From the NCBI GenBank assembly GCA_002269645.1, contig NIVC01003400.1, positions 1 through 64,000 on the forward strand: a DNA stretch of 64,000 nt. The letters run 5' to 3'. Positions within the stretch are counted from its first letter, which is position 1; each line of letters starts with the position of its first letter. Under the pieces are notes generated by a model. That model was not told where the DNA came from and searched no databases. It was given only the letters and a program-made list of their open reading frames with translations. Positions 25,528 through 38,200 of this stretch are shown in pieces. The DNA comes from Macrostomum lignano. Taxonomy: Eukaryota. The translations under genes were made by a program, and so were the position numbers.

Positions 25528-26231
25528 TATATTCTTAAATGTGTCCTCAGCCCATTTCTCATTCTGCATCTTATTATATCAGCTTGACTTTGATTTCAGC
25601 GCCGTATGGCTGCAGTGCTCTGCCGTCTCCAATCTATTCTATCCTCTTAATCCCCTTCAGGGGACAGACAGTCAGACAGAGCAGGGTTGGGATAATTTTG
25701 ATGACAGTCTGTCCTATGCTCGCAAAGAGAAAAGCTTTCATCCTCAGAGATCTCAATTCTGCCATCCGCAATCTACCGCCAATCAGTGGATTAGGTTTGG
25801 CGCGTGGGTCTCTTGACCAACTGGTGACCTGTTTTTTCTCCCCCAACCTGGTCTGTCTTCCCGGGCCGACTCCCGCGCCAATTTTCTGCAGGAGGGCTTT
25901 GAGAAACCAAGCAAGCCACTGACTACTGTGGATGAGCAGCTGGGCCGGGCCTGGGCGCAAATGGGTGACGCAATCGGTGGTTGTGGACGGGATGGCGTGG
26001 GTGGGTGGGGTTTCCCTTAATATCCTGGGGCTAGACGGGTGTCGGTCCTCCTTGAACCTGCGTGAGCCTCGGGGATAGCTTTCACTATCTTACTATCGAA
26101 TTCGACCACCCATGGGAGCTATTATGATACTGTCAGCCAGCTGGCATCTGTTGCCATCTGTCCGGCTGTCATAGACAACTGGGATCTACAAACTGGACTG
26201 GAGTCTAATTGATTTCCTTGTGTGGAATAGG

Positions 26232-27775
26232 AGTGACTCTTGTGAGGGTTTAGGAGTGACTCTCTGGTGAGGGGTTAGGAGTGACTCTCTGGTGAGGGGT
26301 TAGGAGTGACTCTCTGGTGAAGGGTTAGGAGTGACTCTCTGGTGAAGGGTTAGGAGTGACTCTCTGGTGAGGGGTTAGGAGTGACTCTCTGGTGAAGGGT
26401 TAGGAGTGACTCTCTGGTGAAGGGTTAGGAGTGACTCTCTGGTGAGGGGTTAGGAGTGACTCTCTGGTGAAGGGTTAGGAGTGATTCTCTGATGAAGGGT
26501 TAGGAGTGACTCTCTGGTGAGGGTTAGGAGTGACTCTCTGGTGAAGGGTTAGGAGTGACTCTCTGATGAAGGGTTAGGAGTGACTCTCTGGTGAGGGGTT
26601 AGGAGTGACTCTCTATTGAAGGGTTAGGAGTGACTCTCTGATGAAGGGTTAGGAGTGACTCTCTGGTGAAGGGTTAGGAGTGACTCTCTGGTGAGGGGTT
26701 AGGAGTGACTCTCTGATGAGGGTTAGGAGTGAATCTTAGGTGAGGATTAGGAGTGAATCTCTGGTGAAGGGTTAGGAGTGACTCTCTGGTGAGGGGTTAG
26801 GAGTGACTCTCTGATGAGGGGTTAGGAGTGACTCTCTGGTGAAGGGTTAGGAGTGACTCTCTGATGAAGGGTTAGGAGTGACTCTCTGGTGAGGGGTTAG
26901 GAGTGACTCTCTGATGAGGGGTTAGGAGTGACTCTCTGATGAAGGGTTAGGAGTGACTCTCTGATGAAGGGTTAGGAGTGACTCTCTGGTGAGGGGTTAG
27001 GAGTGACTCTCTGGTGAAGGGTTAGGAGTGACTCTCTGGTGAAGGGTTAGGAGTGACTCTCTGGTGAGGGGTTAGGAGTGACTCTCTGGTGAGGGGTTAG
27101 GAGTGACTCTCTGGTGAGGGGTTAGGAGTGACTCTCTGATGAGGGTTAGGAGTGAATCTTAGGTGAGGATTAGGAGTGAATCTCTGGTGAGGAGTTAGAA
27201 GTGACTCTCTGGTGAGGGGTTAGGAGTGACTCTCTGATGAGGGTTAGGAGTGACTCTCTGGTGAGGGTTAGGAGTGACTCTTAGGTGAGGGGTTAGGAGT
27301 GACTCTTAGGTGAGGATTAGGAGTGAATCTCTGGTGAGGGGTTAGGAGTGACTCTTAGGTGAGGGTTAGGAGTGAATATCTGGTGAGGGGTTAGGAGTGA
27401 CTCTTGGTGAGGATTAGGAGTGAATCTCTGGTGAGGGGTTAGGAGTGACTCTCTGGTGAGGGTTAGGAGTGACTCTCTGATGAGGGTTAGGAGTGACTCT
27501 CTGATGAAGGGTTAGGAGTGACTCTCTGATGAAGGGTTAGGAGTGACTCTCTGATGAAGGGTTAGGAGTGACTCTCTGGTGAGGCTTAGGAGTGACTCTC
27601 TGATGAAGGGTTAGGAGTGACTCTCTGATGGAGGGTTAGGAGTGACTCTCTGATGAAGGGTTAGGAGTGACTCTCTGATGAAGGGTTAGGAGTGACTCTC
27701 TGATGAAGGGTTAGGAGTGACTCTCTGATGAGGGTTAGGAATGAATCTTAGGTGAGGATTAGGAGTGACTTGAAA
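26232..27775. repeat. ~25-bp minisatellite (GGGTTAGGAGTGACTCTCTGRTGAR)n, about 1.5 kb
   Basis: GTGACTCTCT recurs at 26281 and 26306, and so on. Confidence 0.97.
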
Positions 27776-28409
27776 GGCTTAGGAATGAAATTTCTTCGCA
27801 GTTCATTACTCTTTCCTTAATCATATCAAGTGTGAAATATACTCGCACGTCTAGTGGCTTTCATTCCAGGTGCCGATGATGGTTCAGTAGTCCATGGTTC
27901 AGCCAATTTTCACAGTCTACTGCGCCAGCTGGTCCACGGATCTCGGAAAAAACGCCAGAGTTGGATATTTGAACAGGCCTTAGGGTTGGGTTGGAGAAAA
28001 AACTACCCGAAGCCTACTGCGGATTCGAGCATAGCAACCCATTAGGACTTGCACTTGGGCAGGGGGAAGAAGGTTAGTCTATCAGTCGACTCGATAATAA
28101 AATCCAGGTGTTTTGAAATTTCAACAAAATAATAATTATTTATTCAGTTTTTTTATTCGTCTGACCAGCTGGTACTCGCGGTGCCAGAGTTGCGGTTGCT
28201 AAGCTGTTCCAGGCTCGAACCGATTTTATAGTGGCATGGTCCTCTCGCAATGCCATCATTAGTTGCAGCTGGGGCAGATGAGCATTTTTCATGTCCGGCG
28301 TTTTCTATAGGGCTCGCTGCAATCTGCTCTTGTGTGACTCATTTTGAAAGCCGATACACCTCTACTGTGGATTGATCCTTCCGTACGAACTGGTGGTAGG
28401 ATATTTGAT

Positions 28410-29532
28410 CTTAATTCTGTAGATCATTCTGTAGATTATTCGGTAGATTATTCTTTAGATTACAAGCTATTCTGTAGTTTATTCTGTAGATTATTCCGTA
28501 GATTATTCCGTAGATTATTCCGTAGATTATTCTGTAGATTATTCCGTAGATTATTCCGTAGATTATTCCGTAGATTATTCTGTGGATTATTCCGTAGATT
28601 ATTCCGTAGATTATTCCGTAGATTATTCTGTGGATTATTCCGTAGATTATTCCGTAGATTATTCCGTAGATTATTCCGTAGATTATTCTGTAGATTATTC
28701 CGTAGATTATTCCGTAGATTATTCTGTAGGTTATTCCGTAGATTATTCCGTAGATTATTCCGTAGATTATTCCGTAGATTATTCTGTGGATTATTCCGTA
28801 GATTATTCCGTAGATTATTCCGTAGATTATTCCGTAGATTATTCCGTAGATTATTCCGTAGATTATTCTGTAGATTATTCCGTAGATTATTCCGTAGATT
28901 ATTCCGTAGATTATTCTGTAGATTATTCCGTAGATTATTCCGTAGATTATTCTGTAGATTATTCCGTAGATTATTCCGTAGATTTTTCCGTAGATTATTC
29001 TGTAGGTTATTCCGTAGATTATTCCGTAGATTATTCTGTAGATTATTCTGTGGATTATTCCGTAGATTATTCCGTAGATTATTCCGTAGATTATTCCGTA
29101 GATTATTCCGTAGATTATTCCGTAGATTATTCTGTGGATTATTCCGTAGATTATTCTGTAGATTATTCCGTAGATTATTCCGTAGATTATTCCGTAGATT
29201 TTTCCGTAGATTATTCTGTAGGATATTCTGTAGGTTATTCTGTAGGTTATTCTGTAGGTTATTCTGTAGGTTATTCTGTAGGTTATTCTGTAGGTTATTC
29301 TGTAGGTTATTCTGTAGATCATTCCGTAGATTATTCCGTAGATTTTTCCGTAGATTATTCTGTAGGATATTCTGTAGGTTATTCTGTAGGTTATTCTGTA
29401 GGTTATTCTGTAGGTTATTCTGTAGGTTATTCTGTAGGTTATTCTGTAGGTTATTCTGTAGATCATTCCGTAGATCATTCTGTAGATTACTCCGTAGATT
29501 ATTCTGTAGATCATTCTGTAGATCATACTGTA
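28410..29532. repeat. 12-bp minisatellite (TAGATTATTCYG)n
   Basis: Direct reading; produces the YGII/RLFR/DYSV ORFs. Confidence 0.97.
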
Positions 29533-30430
29533 GAAAACAGACACTCCATCCCAGTCGGTTGTGTTGCCAACTGCATATAAAAATGATAGAAATGAAATGT
29601 CTTCATAATACCGAAGATTACTGGTTATTTTGAAGGCGCAATTCGGCATAGTTGAGTAATTTTGAGTAGTAAAATGAATTAGCATGCACTGGTGAACCCG
29701 CCATCGAATCAACATTGCGATGGGAAATTAAAATTCGACTACAAAGGAATTGTGCAAATTGCAATTGTTTTAAGGAGTCTGGCTTGAAGAAGCCAGTGGA
29801 TATTTAATTGCAAAGTCTGCATGCCTGCAGGGTGCCACTGTGTGGCCTATGTTAGCCAACCTACCGAACCGTGGAGCTCCCCAAGTGTGTTGGAGAGATT
29901 GAGAGGAAATTGGGTGGTGCTAAAGCAACACAATGAGGCCTTGATGACGCAATCCACAGGCAGGGCTAAACTAAACCCACCAAAAAGCAATATTTTAAAG
30001 GAAAAACTAAGGATCGTGATTGCTTCCCGTGTGACGCGACTGTGTAAATGCGAAGATTGCTCCCCAAGATGGTGCGTCCCGCGCAATCTGGGAGTGTCGT
30101 AGAGAAAAAAACCAACAACAAGCCGAGCCCTGGGAACGAGGCAGCAGGGCGAAGGAAGCGATTGGAACTCGCAGTCCCATTGTGCTCCCCTAAGCTGATT
30201 AACATCAACAAAACAATACAAAAAGGAGGCAGGGGAGGAAACCGATTGCTATAGCTAGTTGTTCCGATGAGGATCTTTGTTTTCGCTGGGGAGCCTCCCG
30301 ACCGAAATGCTGCCTCTAGCTCTCTGGTTTTCAACAAGTATTCTGTCTTTTTAGTGAAAACTTAATGGTGCGCCAGACCTGAGAGCCACTCTCCATATCT
30401 TCGCGTGATTCCTTGAAGGCCTTTCCATGA

Positions 30431-30716
<286 letters not shown>

Positions 30717-31554
30717 CAGACTAATCAATCAGAATTTCAATAGCAAAAAGCGACCTATTTATCATCTAAAGTGGTTATCAATCAGCCCATTGGAATCGTG
30801 TCAATTAGATAGCAACCAAAATCATTCGTCTCAAGTTTGGTGTCGAAATTATCATAGAAAAGGATAATGAAGCCCCTCCCCAAGGCCTAAAGCATCTACG
30901 AAGAGGCTGGGTCTTGATTCCCAGTCGCTGATCAAGTGTCACGAACAAGGCAGCTCATCAATCCGAGACTCAGTATGATTTCCCATATTCCCCTCCCTCA
31001 TCAGAGAGGCAGGAAAAGAGAATTTATTCAGCTCGTGCTCGCCCTCGGGGGCTGGGGAAGCGAGGGTTTTTTTAGCGAACTTGACTGCACCTGGGGATCG
31101 CGGCGGGTGGCGGCTGTGAGATGAGGCTGGCAGTTTTCTCCTTGGCAACCGTTTTTTGAGCAGAGACGCCACGCCAAAGCCCCCCCCCTCTGCGAGTTTC
31201 CCAGAACAGGCAGGGACAGACTAGCGGTGAAATGGCGAAGTGTGCCTTCTGAAAACTTCTTGAGAAGTTGCAAGCCTTCTTCCACGGCTTGCAATAGCTG
31301 AATGGCATTGGAAGCTCATTGGATTGGACAGGAGAGTTCTTATGAAAACAGTTTTAAAATACTGAAGAGCGCTGGAGGGAACTTGACAGACAGTTGCTTA
31401 AACTGGCTAGCACAGATGACGGAAACTCATGACGTGTTTGTTTAATTTTTGTTGTTGCTGGGTTTAGACTAAACACTTTAACTGGTTGTTATTTCTTTAA
31501 TATTTTCGCAATAAAAAAGCGAACTGAATTGATAGGGAATGTTCAATGCTTTCT

Positions 31555-32270
31555 TAAAGCTCCCTGAATCTGAGAAGGGGAGGCACAGAGAGGGAAGCAC
31601 AGATGGGGGAGGCACAGAGGGGAGGGAGGGGGAGGCACAGAGGGGGAGACACAGAGGGGAGGCACAGAGGGAGAGGCACAGAGGGGAGGCACAGAGGGGA
31701 GGCACAGAGGGAGAGGCACAGAGGGGAAGCACAGAGGGGAGGCACGGAGGGGAGGCACAGAGGGGAGGCACAGAGGGGAGGCACAGAGGGGAGGCACGGA
31801 GGGGAGGCACAGAGGGGAGGCACAGAGGGAGAGGCACAGAGGGGAAGCACAGAGGGGAGGCACAGAGGGGAGGCACAGAGGGAGAGGCACAGAGGGGAAG
31901 CACAGAGGGGAGGCACAGAGGGGAGGCACAGAGGGGAGGCACAGAGGGGAGGCACAGAGGGGAGGCACAGAGGGAGAGGCACAGAGGGGAGGCACAGAGG
32001 GGAGGCACAGAGGGAGAGGCACGAAGGGGAGGCACAGAGGGAGAGGCACGGAGGGGAGGCACAGAGGGGAGGCACGGAGGGGAGGCACAGAGGGGAGGCA
32101 CAGAGGGAGAGGCACGGAGGGGAGGCACAGAGGGGAGGCACAGAGGGAGAGGCACGGAGGGGAGGCACAGAGGGGAGGCACAGAGGTAGAGGCACGGAGG
32201 GGAGGCACAGAGGGGAGGCACAGAGGGAGAGGCACGGAGGGGAGGCACAGAGGGGAGGCACGGAGGGAGA
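31555..32270. repeat. 13/14-bp purine-rich minisatellite (GGCACAGAGGGGA)n
   Basis: Direct reading. Confidence 0.95.
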
Positions 32271-32672
32271 TGCTTGTAGAGGAAAACAGAAAAGGAGGAA
32301 AAAGGCACACAAAGGGAAATAAAAGGCAGTTATTTAGAGTTCAAAGCCATTTAGCTAAATTGATAACCAAAAATGTGTTGTTGTTCAGTAAAAGGCGACG
32401 TTTATTTTTGCTTCCAGAAGAGGCGGTTTTTTCTAGTCCAGAAAAAATTATCGGCATAAAAATCCAGTACAAATGAGAGGCGAGCACGAAAGTGTCTTTT
32501 TGGATTGCGAAAAATCGAGCTCCGCTTTGAGCGGCCCTTTGAGCAGGGGAAAAATTAAAAATAAACTGCTGAGCAAGTTTCGTACGGAATTTAAATTAAT
32601 AAAAAAACATAATACGACTGATTTGATTTCTGTTAGAGAAGAGGAGGCTGAGGGAGGAGGCAGCTGTCATCA

Positions 32673-32946
32673 TCAGGGCAGCCGCAGCCACACCTGCAGC
32701 TGCCGCCCGCCAAGACTCTGGCCATTCCAGTGGGCCACTGCGCTGGCCGCCGCCTGATATGACGCGAAACCCACCGCGGCAGAGGCGCCCGGCGGCTGAA
32801 GGTCGCCCTCGGCCGGTGCTGGCTGGCGGCCGGAGCTGGGCTCCAGGCGGACTTCGGCGAGGCCGCCAAACTGGCAGAACATTGACCAGAGCTGACGCTC
32901 GTCGGTGCCCGGTGGCAGGTTGCACACGCTGACGATGAAGGCTGGA

Positions 32947-32977
<31 letters not shown>

Positions 32978-33941
32978 CCAGAGCCGACTGAGGCGGCTGA
33001 GACTGCGGCTGTTGCGGAAGCTCCGAAGTCGGCACTGGAGGGTAGAACTGGGCCGGGGGGCAGCCTGGGAAGGCGGAGTAGAGGGTGGTCGGGTAGCCGT
33101 AGGTCGGGGGCAGGCCGTTCTGCTGCTGCATGGCGTAGAAGGTGGAAAAGTCGTAGGCCTGCGGCATCAGCGGAGGCGGCAGCGGTGGCGGCGGCAGCGG
33201 CATCTGAGGCGGCTGAGGCACCAGAGACAGCGGCAAGGAGGACAGATGTTGATGGACCTGATGATGCGGAAGCTGCGCCGGTAGAGATGACATCGATGTC
33301 GAAGGCGGCGGAGGTGGTGGCGGCAGCGGCAGTGACTGTGTCGAGGAGGCGGCAGCGCCTGACACCGCTGGCGGCCGGACTTTTTTCTCGTTCTCGTCGG
33401 CGAATCGAACCTGGACAAGCTGCTGCGGACTGTCGGCGGCTGCCTCGGCCGAGCCCGGCCACGGCTTCCCGTTTAGAGCGGCCAGCGCAGAGGCCGCCGC
33501 CGACCGGGTCTCGAACAGGCAGAATCCGACACCGCGGGCCCCGCCGCCGCCCCGATGGCCGCCAGGCAGAATCTTGCAGTTAATGATGCCACCGTGCGGT
33601 TCCAGAACGGCCCGAATGTCCTCAGCCGTGACAGTTGGCGGCAGGTTGGTGATGTGCAAATTGCAGTTCTTCGACTCCGAGCTCTGCAGTCTGGCGTGGG
33701 CAACTTTGATTGTCTTGCGGTGCAGCTGCAGGCCGTTCAGCATCCGCACGGCTCTGCTGGCATCCTCGGCCGTGTAAAACTCGCAGAAGCCGAAGCCGAA
33801 GCTGTAGCCGCTGCGCTTGTCCCGGCACACTTTGGCCCGTTTCACCGGCGCCACGCTGCCGAACAGGGCGCGAAACTCGTCATCTGAGAAGGCCTGAGGC
33901 AAGTAGTTGATGATGAGGTTGGTGCGCGAGTACTTAGCCAT
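32673..33941 (-). CDS. ELAV/Hu/Sex-lethal family RNA-binding protein (3 RRMs, Pro/Gln-rich hinge), intronless, 422 aa
   Basis: RRM1 TNLIINYLPQ...SGYSFGFGFCEF...LNG...KTIKVAHAR; RRM2 NLHITNLP...RGVGFCLF; RRM3 IVSVCNLPPGTDERQLWSMFCQFG...WNGQSLGGRQLQV. First ATG at 33941. Confidence 0.9.
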
Positions 33942-34399
33942 TTGATCAGCTGAACACTCTTGCACAAGTATGATTTACACCGCTCGGCCGCTTGCCTCTC
34001 CCTGTGTGTCTCCCCTGCCTTTCTAATCTTCTCTCCCCTTGAGTTGCGGCTGAGGGTTCGCTCCCCCGCTCATGTCTATGGCTGAAAGCTTGGTGGTAAA
34101 CGATAAGTACATAAGTAGCGATATATGGTGACTTTGATTCATTTATTGTTTTTTATTTGGGTAAAGAATTCTTTTGTTTACCAAGTCATACGCTATTTAG
34201 CTTACTAACAATAGTAGAACATGCTAGCTTGCTTCAAAGATTATTTCAACTTAGTTCCAAAATGGAAGCGATGTATGTATCAGAGCGGTTCTTTCGCTGC
34301 CGGGTCCCTATAATGGACCGGCAAATTAGTGAAACAGCATAGTCTCCACGAATCGGTGCTTTAATTCGGATAAGTCTTCTTGAAGCTTTCAGGAACACA

Positions 34400-34631
34400 C
34401 ATTACATGTATGCATACATGTAGTGGCCTAGAAAACAATTGTTGCATGTACTGCTTACATGGCAATCACAACCCGCAGTTTGGCTGTCGCCATTTTACAG
34501 CTGGGTGAACTGAAGCAATGCAGAAGTTAAGCGTCTTGCTCAAGGACACAAATTTTTCCGAGTGAGTCAAGAATCGAACCACCGACCTTTCAGTCGTCAG
34601 TCCGACGCTCTGACTACTGGGCTACAACCCC
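34400..34631 (-). mobile_element. tRNA-derived SINE with a CORE/Meta-like central domain
   Basis: Minus strand: A-box TAGCCCAGTAG, B-box GGTTCGATTC, then TGTGTCCTTGAGCAAGACGCTTAAC...CACCCAGCTGTAAAATGG (resembles the MIR/CORE consensus) and a TACATG-type tail. Confidence 0.75.
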
Positions 34632-35242
34632 CGTTGCCCAACCCTTAGTTGACATGCCCTTTACCAATATTGGCCAGTCATTTTTTGTGAACTTCATTAC
34701 AACAAAGAGAAATCAAACTTACATCAAAATTATAAAAATAGAAAACCATTCATTTATTTTTTCATTTACGATTTCCAATAGTGGCAACAGAGCAGTCTGC
34801 AGTCGGGTTTTATTACTGAATAAAACCGCAATGACAAGTAGTGCAATAAGAATGATGCCAGCAAAATGAAATGTTAAATTACGAATAGGAAAAAAGTACA
34901 AAAAAGCTGAAAATTGCGATTGGGTAACAGCAGCTATTCCTTCTAAGTTGCAATGCAATTCAAACATTCATAATGTATGCTTTTGTTGTAGTAGGACATG
35001 GCAGCTGGTCGCTCTCATGAGGAAGCTCACGTGAAGACTATAAATGAAACATCAATTCAATAGATCAAATCGAAAGACATGAAAAGCATTATTAAACTTC
35101 ATCATAAAAATTGAATAAAATAGAAAACGAACTTTGCGATCTGTTCCGATAAAGCAGTCAATAATTGCTCAATTTTCAACCGACTTTGGACTTTTTCGCT
35201 GCTAAATACGGAGAACGCTGTTGGAGGGAGCCTTCAGCCAGT

Positions 35243-38200
35243 TCAGATGTCGCCCTCGACTGAAGTAGAGTTATAAAACAGTCAAAACTGTGACATGTGC
35301 GCTATTTATCTAGGAAACAGGCTGAATAAACTTACACAGCAATCGGGGATTGCGAAAGCAGACTCTGCTGCCGGCCGTGGGACAGGAAACCTTCAGACAG
35401 AAGGGCCGGTAGGCCTCCGCCGCCCCTGATGCAGACTGGACGGCCGCGATCGGCAGGCTGAGCAGCTCGTACTTGGACAGCCCGGCCCGAGGACCGCTAG
35501 AATTAATATAAATGAGACTTTGCACTTGCTCTACAGACTACTATAAGTAAACAGGATTTTGTTAGAGATGGTTGGAAATTTTTAAGCAATAAAGATAAAC
35601 ACGAAAGAATTGGGGCGATAGAAAATTCGAGGTTAGGAAGGGAGGAGCGTCTGAAGACAGGAAGAGGGGGCAGAGGACAGGAAGAGGTGATAAAAGACAG
35701 GAAGAGAAGAGGGGACAGAGGACAGGAAGAGGTGATAAAAGACAGGAAGAGAAGAGGGGACAGAGGACAGGAAGAGGTGATAAAAGACAGGAAGAGGGGA
35801 CAGAGGACAGGAAGAGGTGATAAAAGACAGGAAGAGGGGACAGAGGACAGGAAGAGGTGATAAAAGACAGGAAGAGGGGACAGAGGACAGGAAGAGGTGA
35901 TAAAAGACAGGAAGAGGGGACAGAGGACAGGAAGAGGTGATAAAAGACAGGAAGAGGGGACAGAGGACAGGAAGAGGTGATAAAAGACAGGAAGAGGGGA
36001 CAGAGGACAGGAAGAGGTGATAAAAGACAGGAAGAGGGGACAGAGGACAGGAAGAGGTGATAAAAGACAGGAAGAGGGGACAGAGGACAGGAAGAGGTGA
36101 TAAAAGACAGGAAGAGGGGACAGAGGACAGGAAGAGGTGATAAAAGACAGGAAGAGGGGACAGAGGACAGGAAGAGGTGATAAAAGACAGGAAGAGGGGA
36201 CAGAGGACAGGAAGAGGTGATAAAAGACAGGAAGAGGGGACAGAGGACAGGAAGAGGTGATAAAAGACAGGAAGAGGGGACAGAGGACAGGAAGAGGTGA
36301 TAAAAGACAGGAAGAGGGGACAGAGGACAGGAAGAGGTGATAAAAGACAGCAATTAAGTAGAGAAAACTCAAAATCAACATTTTAGTTTCTTAGACTTTT
36401 GCCAATGCATTTCGACCACAATCGGTCATCTTCAGGGCAGACACGTCAATTAATCACGCAGAACCATGTTATAGATATTTATTTAGGAAATGAAAACTGT
36501 ACAATGCCAAGTGCAAATCAATTTCGGTCCAGTCCGGTTAACAAGAGAAAAAAAACCTGAATAAAGTTCGACGAGACTGCCAACCTAGCTAAAACACATT
36601 GAGCTGGCGGCTTGCACCCCCATGGTTAACTGGCTGTTCAAAATTGGTTTCTGAGCCTTAATGTACATAGCCTCGAGAATGTTAAATTTGTTTTCTTTGC
36701 TACAAGAATCGATCACTTTAAACATATCACAACAGCTCTTATTGCAGCAGGAGTTGCACGTGAGAAGGTGCTCATTGATGGCAGAATTTCTAATCCAATG
36801 TTCCTTAACCCTTGTGTACAAGTGTCGCTTGGTTTTACCAATGTAGGAGATGTTCTGATCCACAGAACAATGAAATTTATAGACGACACCTGCAACAAGT
36901 GGTCCAGGAACACGGGACTTCAACCTGCAGACAAACTGAGCAATCTTTTCCGTACGGAACAAAACCCGGAGCTGGAAATCAATGTGACTTCTAAATAAAT
37001 TTTCCACTTTCTTCCCAAACTCCATGGAGCAGAGGCCTAAATAAGGCACCACAATAACGGGACTACGATCATTACTGAGATCATTCTTCTTGAGTATGAT
37101 TTTGACCAGAAAACTTCTTGCAGAGAAACCTATTAATGATGCCGGAAATATGGCCACGAGGGTATCCATTCATCATGAACAGCCGAGTAAGCTGCTCCAG
37201 CTCATCATGAAAAAGCTTCCAGACAAAAGACAGGAAGAAGTGACAGAAGATAGGAAGAGGGGACAGAAGACAGGAAGGAGCGACAGAAGACGGAAGAGGT
37301 GACAGAAGACAGGAAGAGGTGACAGAAGACAGGAAGAGGCGACAGAAGACAGGAAGAGGTGACAGAAGACAGGAAGAGGGGACAGAAGACAGGAAGAGGG
37401 GACAGAAGACAGGAAGAGGTGACAGAAGACAGGAAGAGGTGACAAAAGACAGGAAGAGGTGACAGAAGACAGGAAGAGGTGACAAAAGACAGGAAAAGGT
37501 GACAGAAGACAGGAAGAGGTGACAGAAGACAGGAAGGAGCGACAAAAGACAGGAACTGAAGCGACAGAAGACAGTGATGGCAAACAAAGAAGGAATGGTT
37601 ATTGGGTCGGTTATCATAAAAGCACTCACTCTCCCAGGCACAGCTGGCACTGTCTCCATGTGAGCCACATCTGCCGATAATCTGTCTGGTTGAGCAGGCT
37701 GGGTGCATTGTTGTGCGCGACCACCTCAGGATCCAGAGTTGATCGCAGAATGCAGCGCGAGTTTCCGAAGGCACCAATAGTTGCCTCATAGTCAACCTAT
37801 TAGGGGTAATGGACAGCTCATTCATTAACAACTTGGAAAAGTAAACTTGCATTAGCATCTAAATTTAACAACTCTTAAAAAAATAAAATTATTCCCACTA
37901 AAAAATAAATACTTTTATACATATTTAGTGTTATATTTATATGTTGAATTAAGGCCCTACCATTTCCTGTGGTCCACAAAGAGAAATGACAGCATCTGAG
38001 AATCCTTTCACATCAAATAGCACACCAACACTATGCTTCACTTCGGTTGAGCGGCATAGATAGTCTGGCGATTTCGATGCAATCACCTCTGAAATAAAAA
38101 AATCAATTTAAACTGTCATGTATAGTTGCAACTGTAAATATAAAAGTAAAAAGTAAAATTACATCAAACAGTAAACTAAGAAGTCTTTGCCCCACTTCTA

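Noticed and set aside
26232-27775. CTGATGA motifs in the 25-bp satellite as hammerhead cores
   Set aside because: No stem II followed by GAAA and no NUH/stem I arrangement.
28344-29715. Long ORFs of 332-434 aa (RLFR, YGII, DYSV repeats)
   Set aside because: Translations of a stop-free 12-bp minisatellite, open on both strands; no coding signal.
31478-32322. Pro/Cys-rich and Gly/Arg/Glu-rich ORFs; likewise 35503-36381 and 40421-41300
   Set aside because: Minisatellite artefacts open in many frames.
34560-34631. Possible tRNA gene
   Set aside because: A/B boxes are present but no full cloverleaf was found, and it continues into a SINE core and tail; annotated as a SINE.
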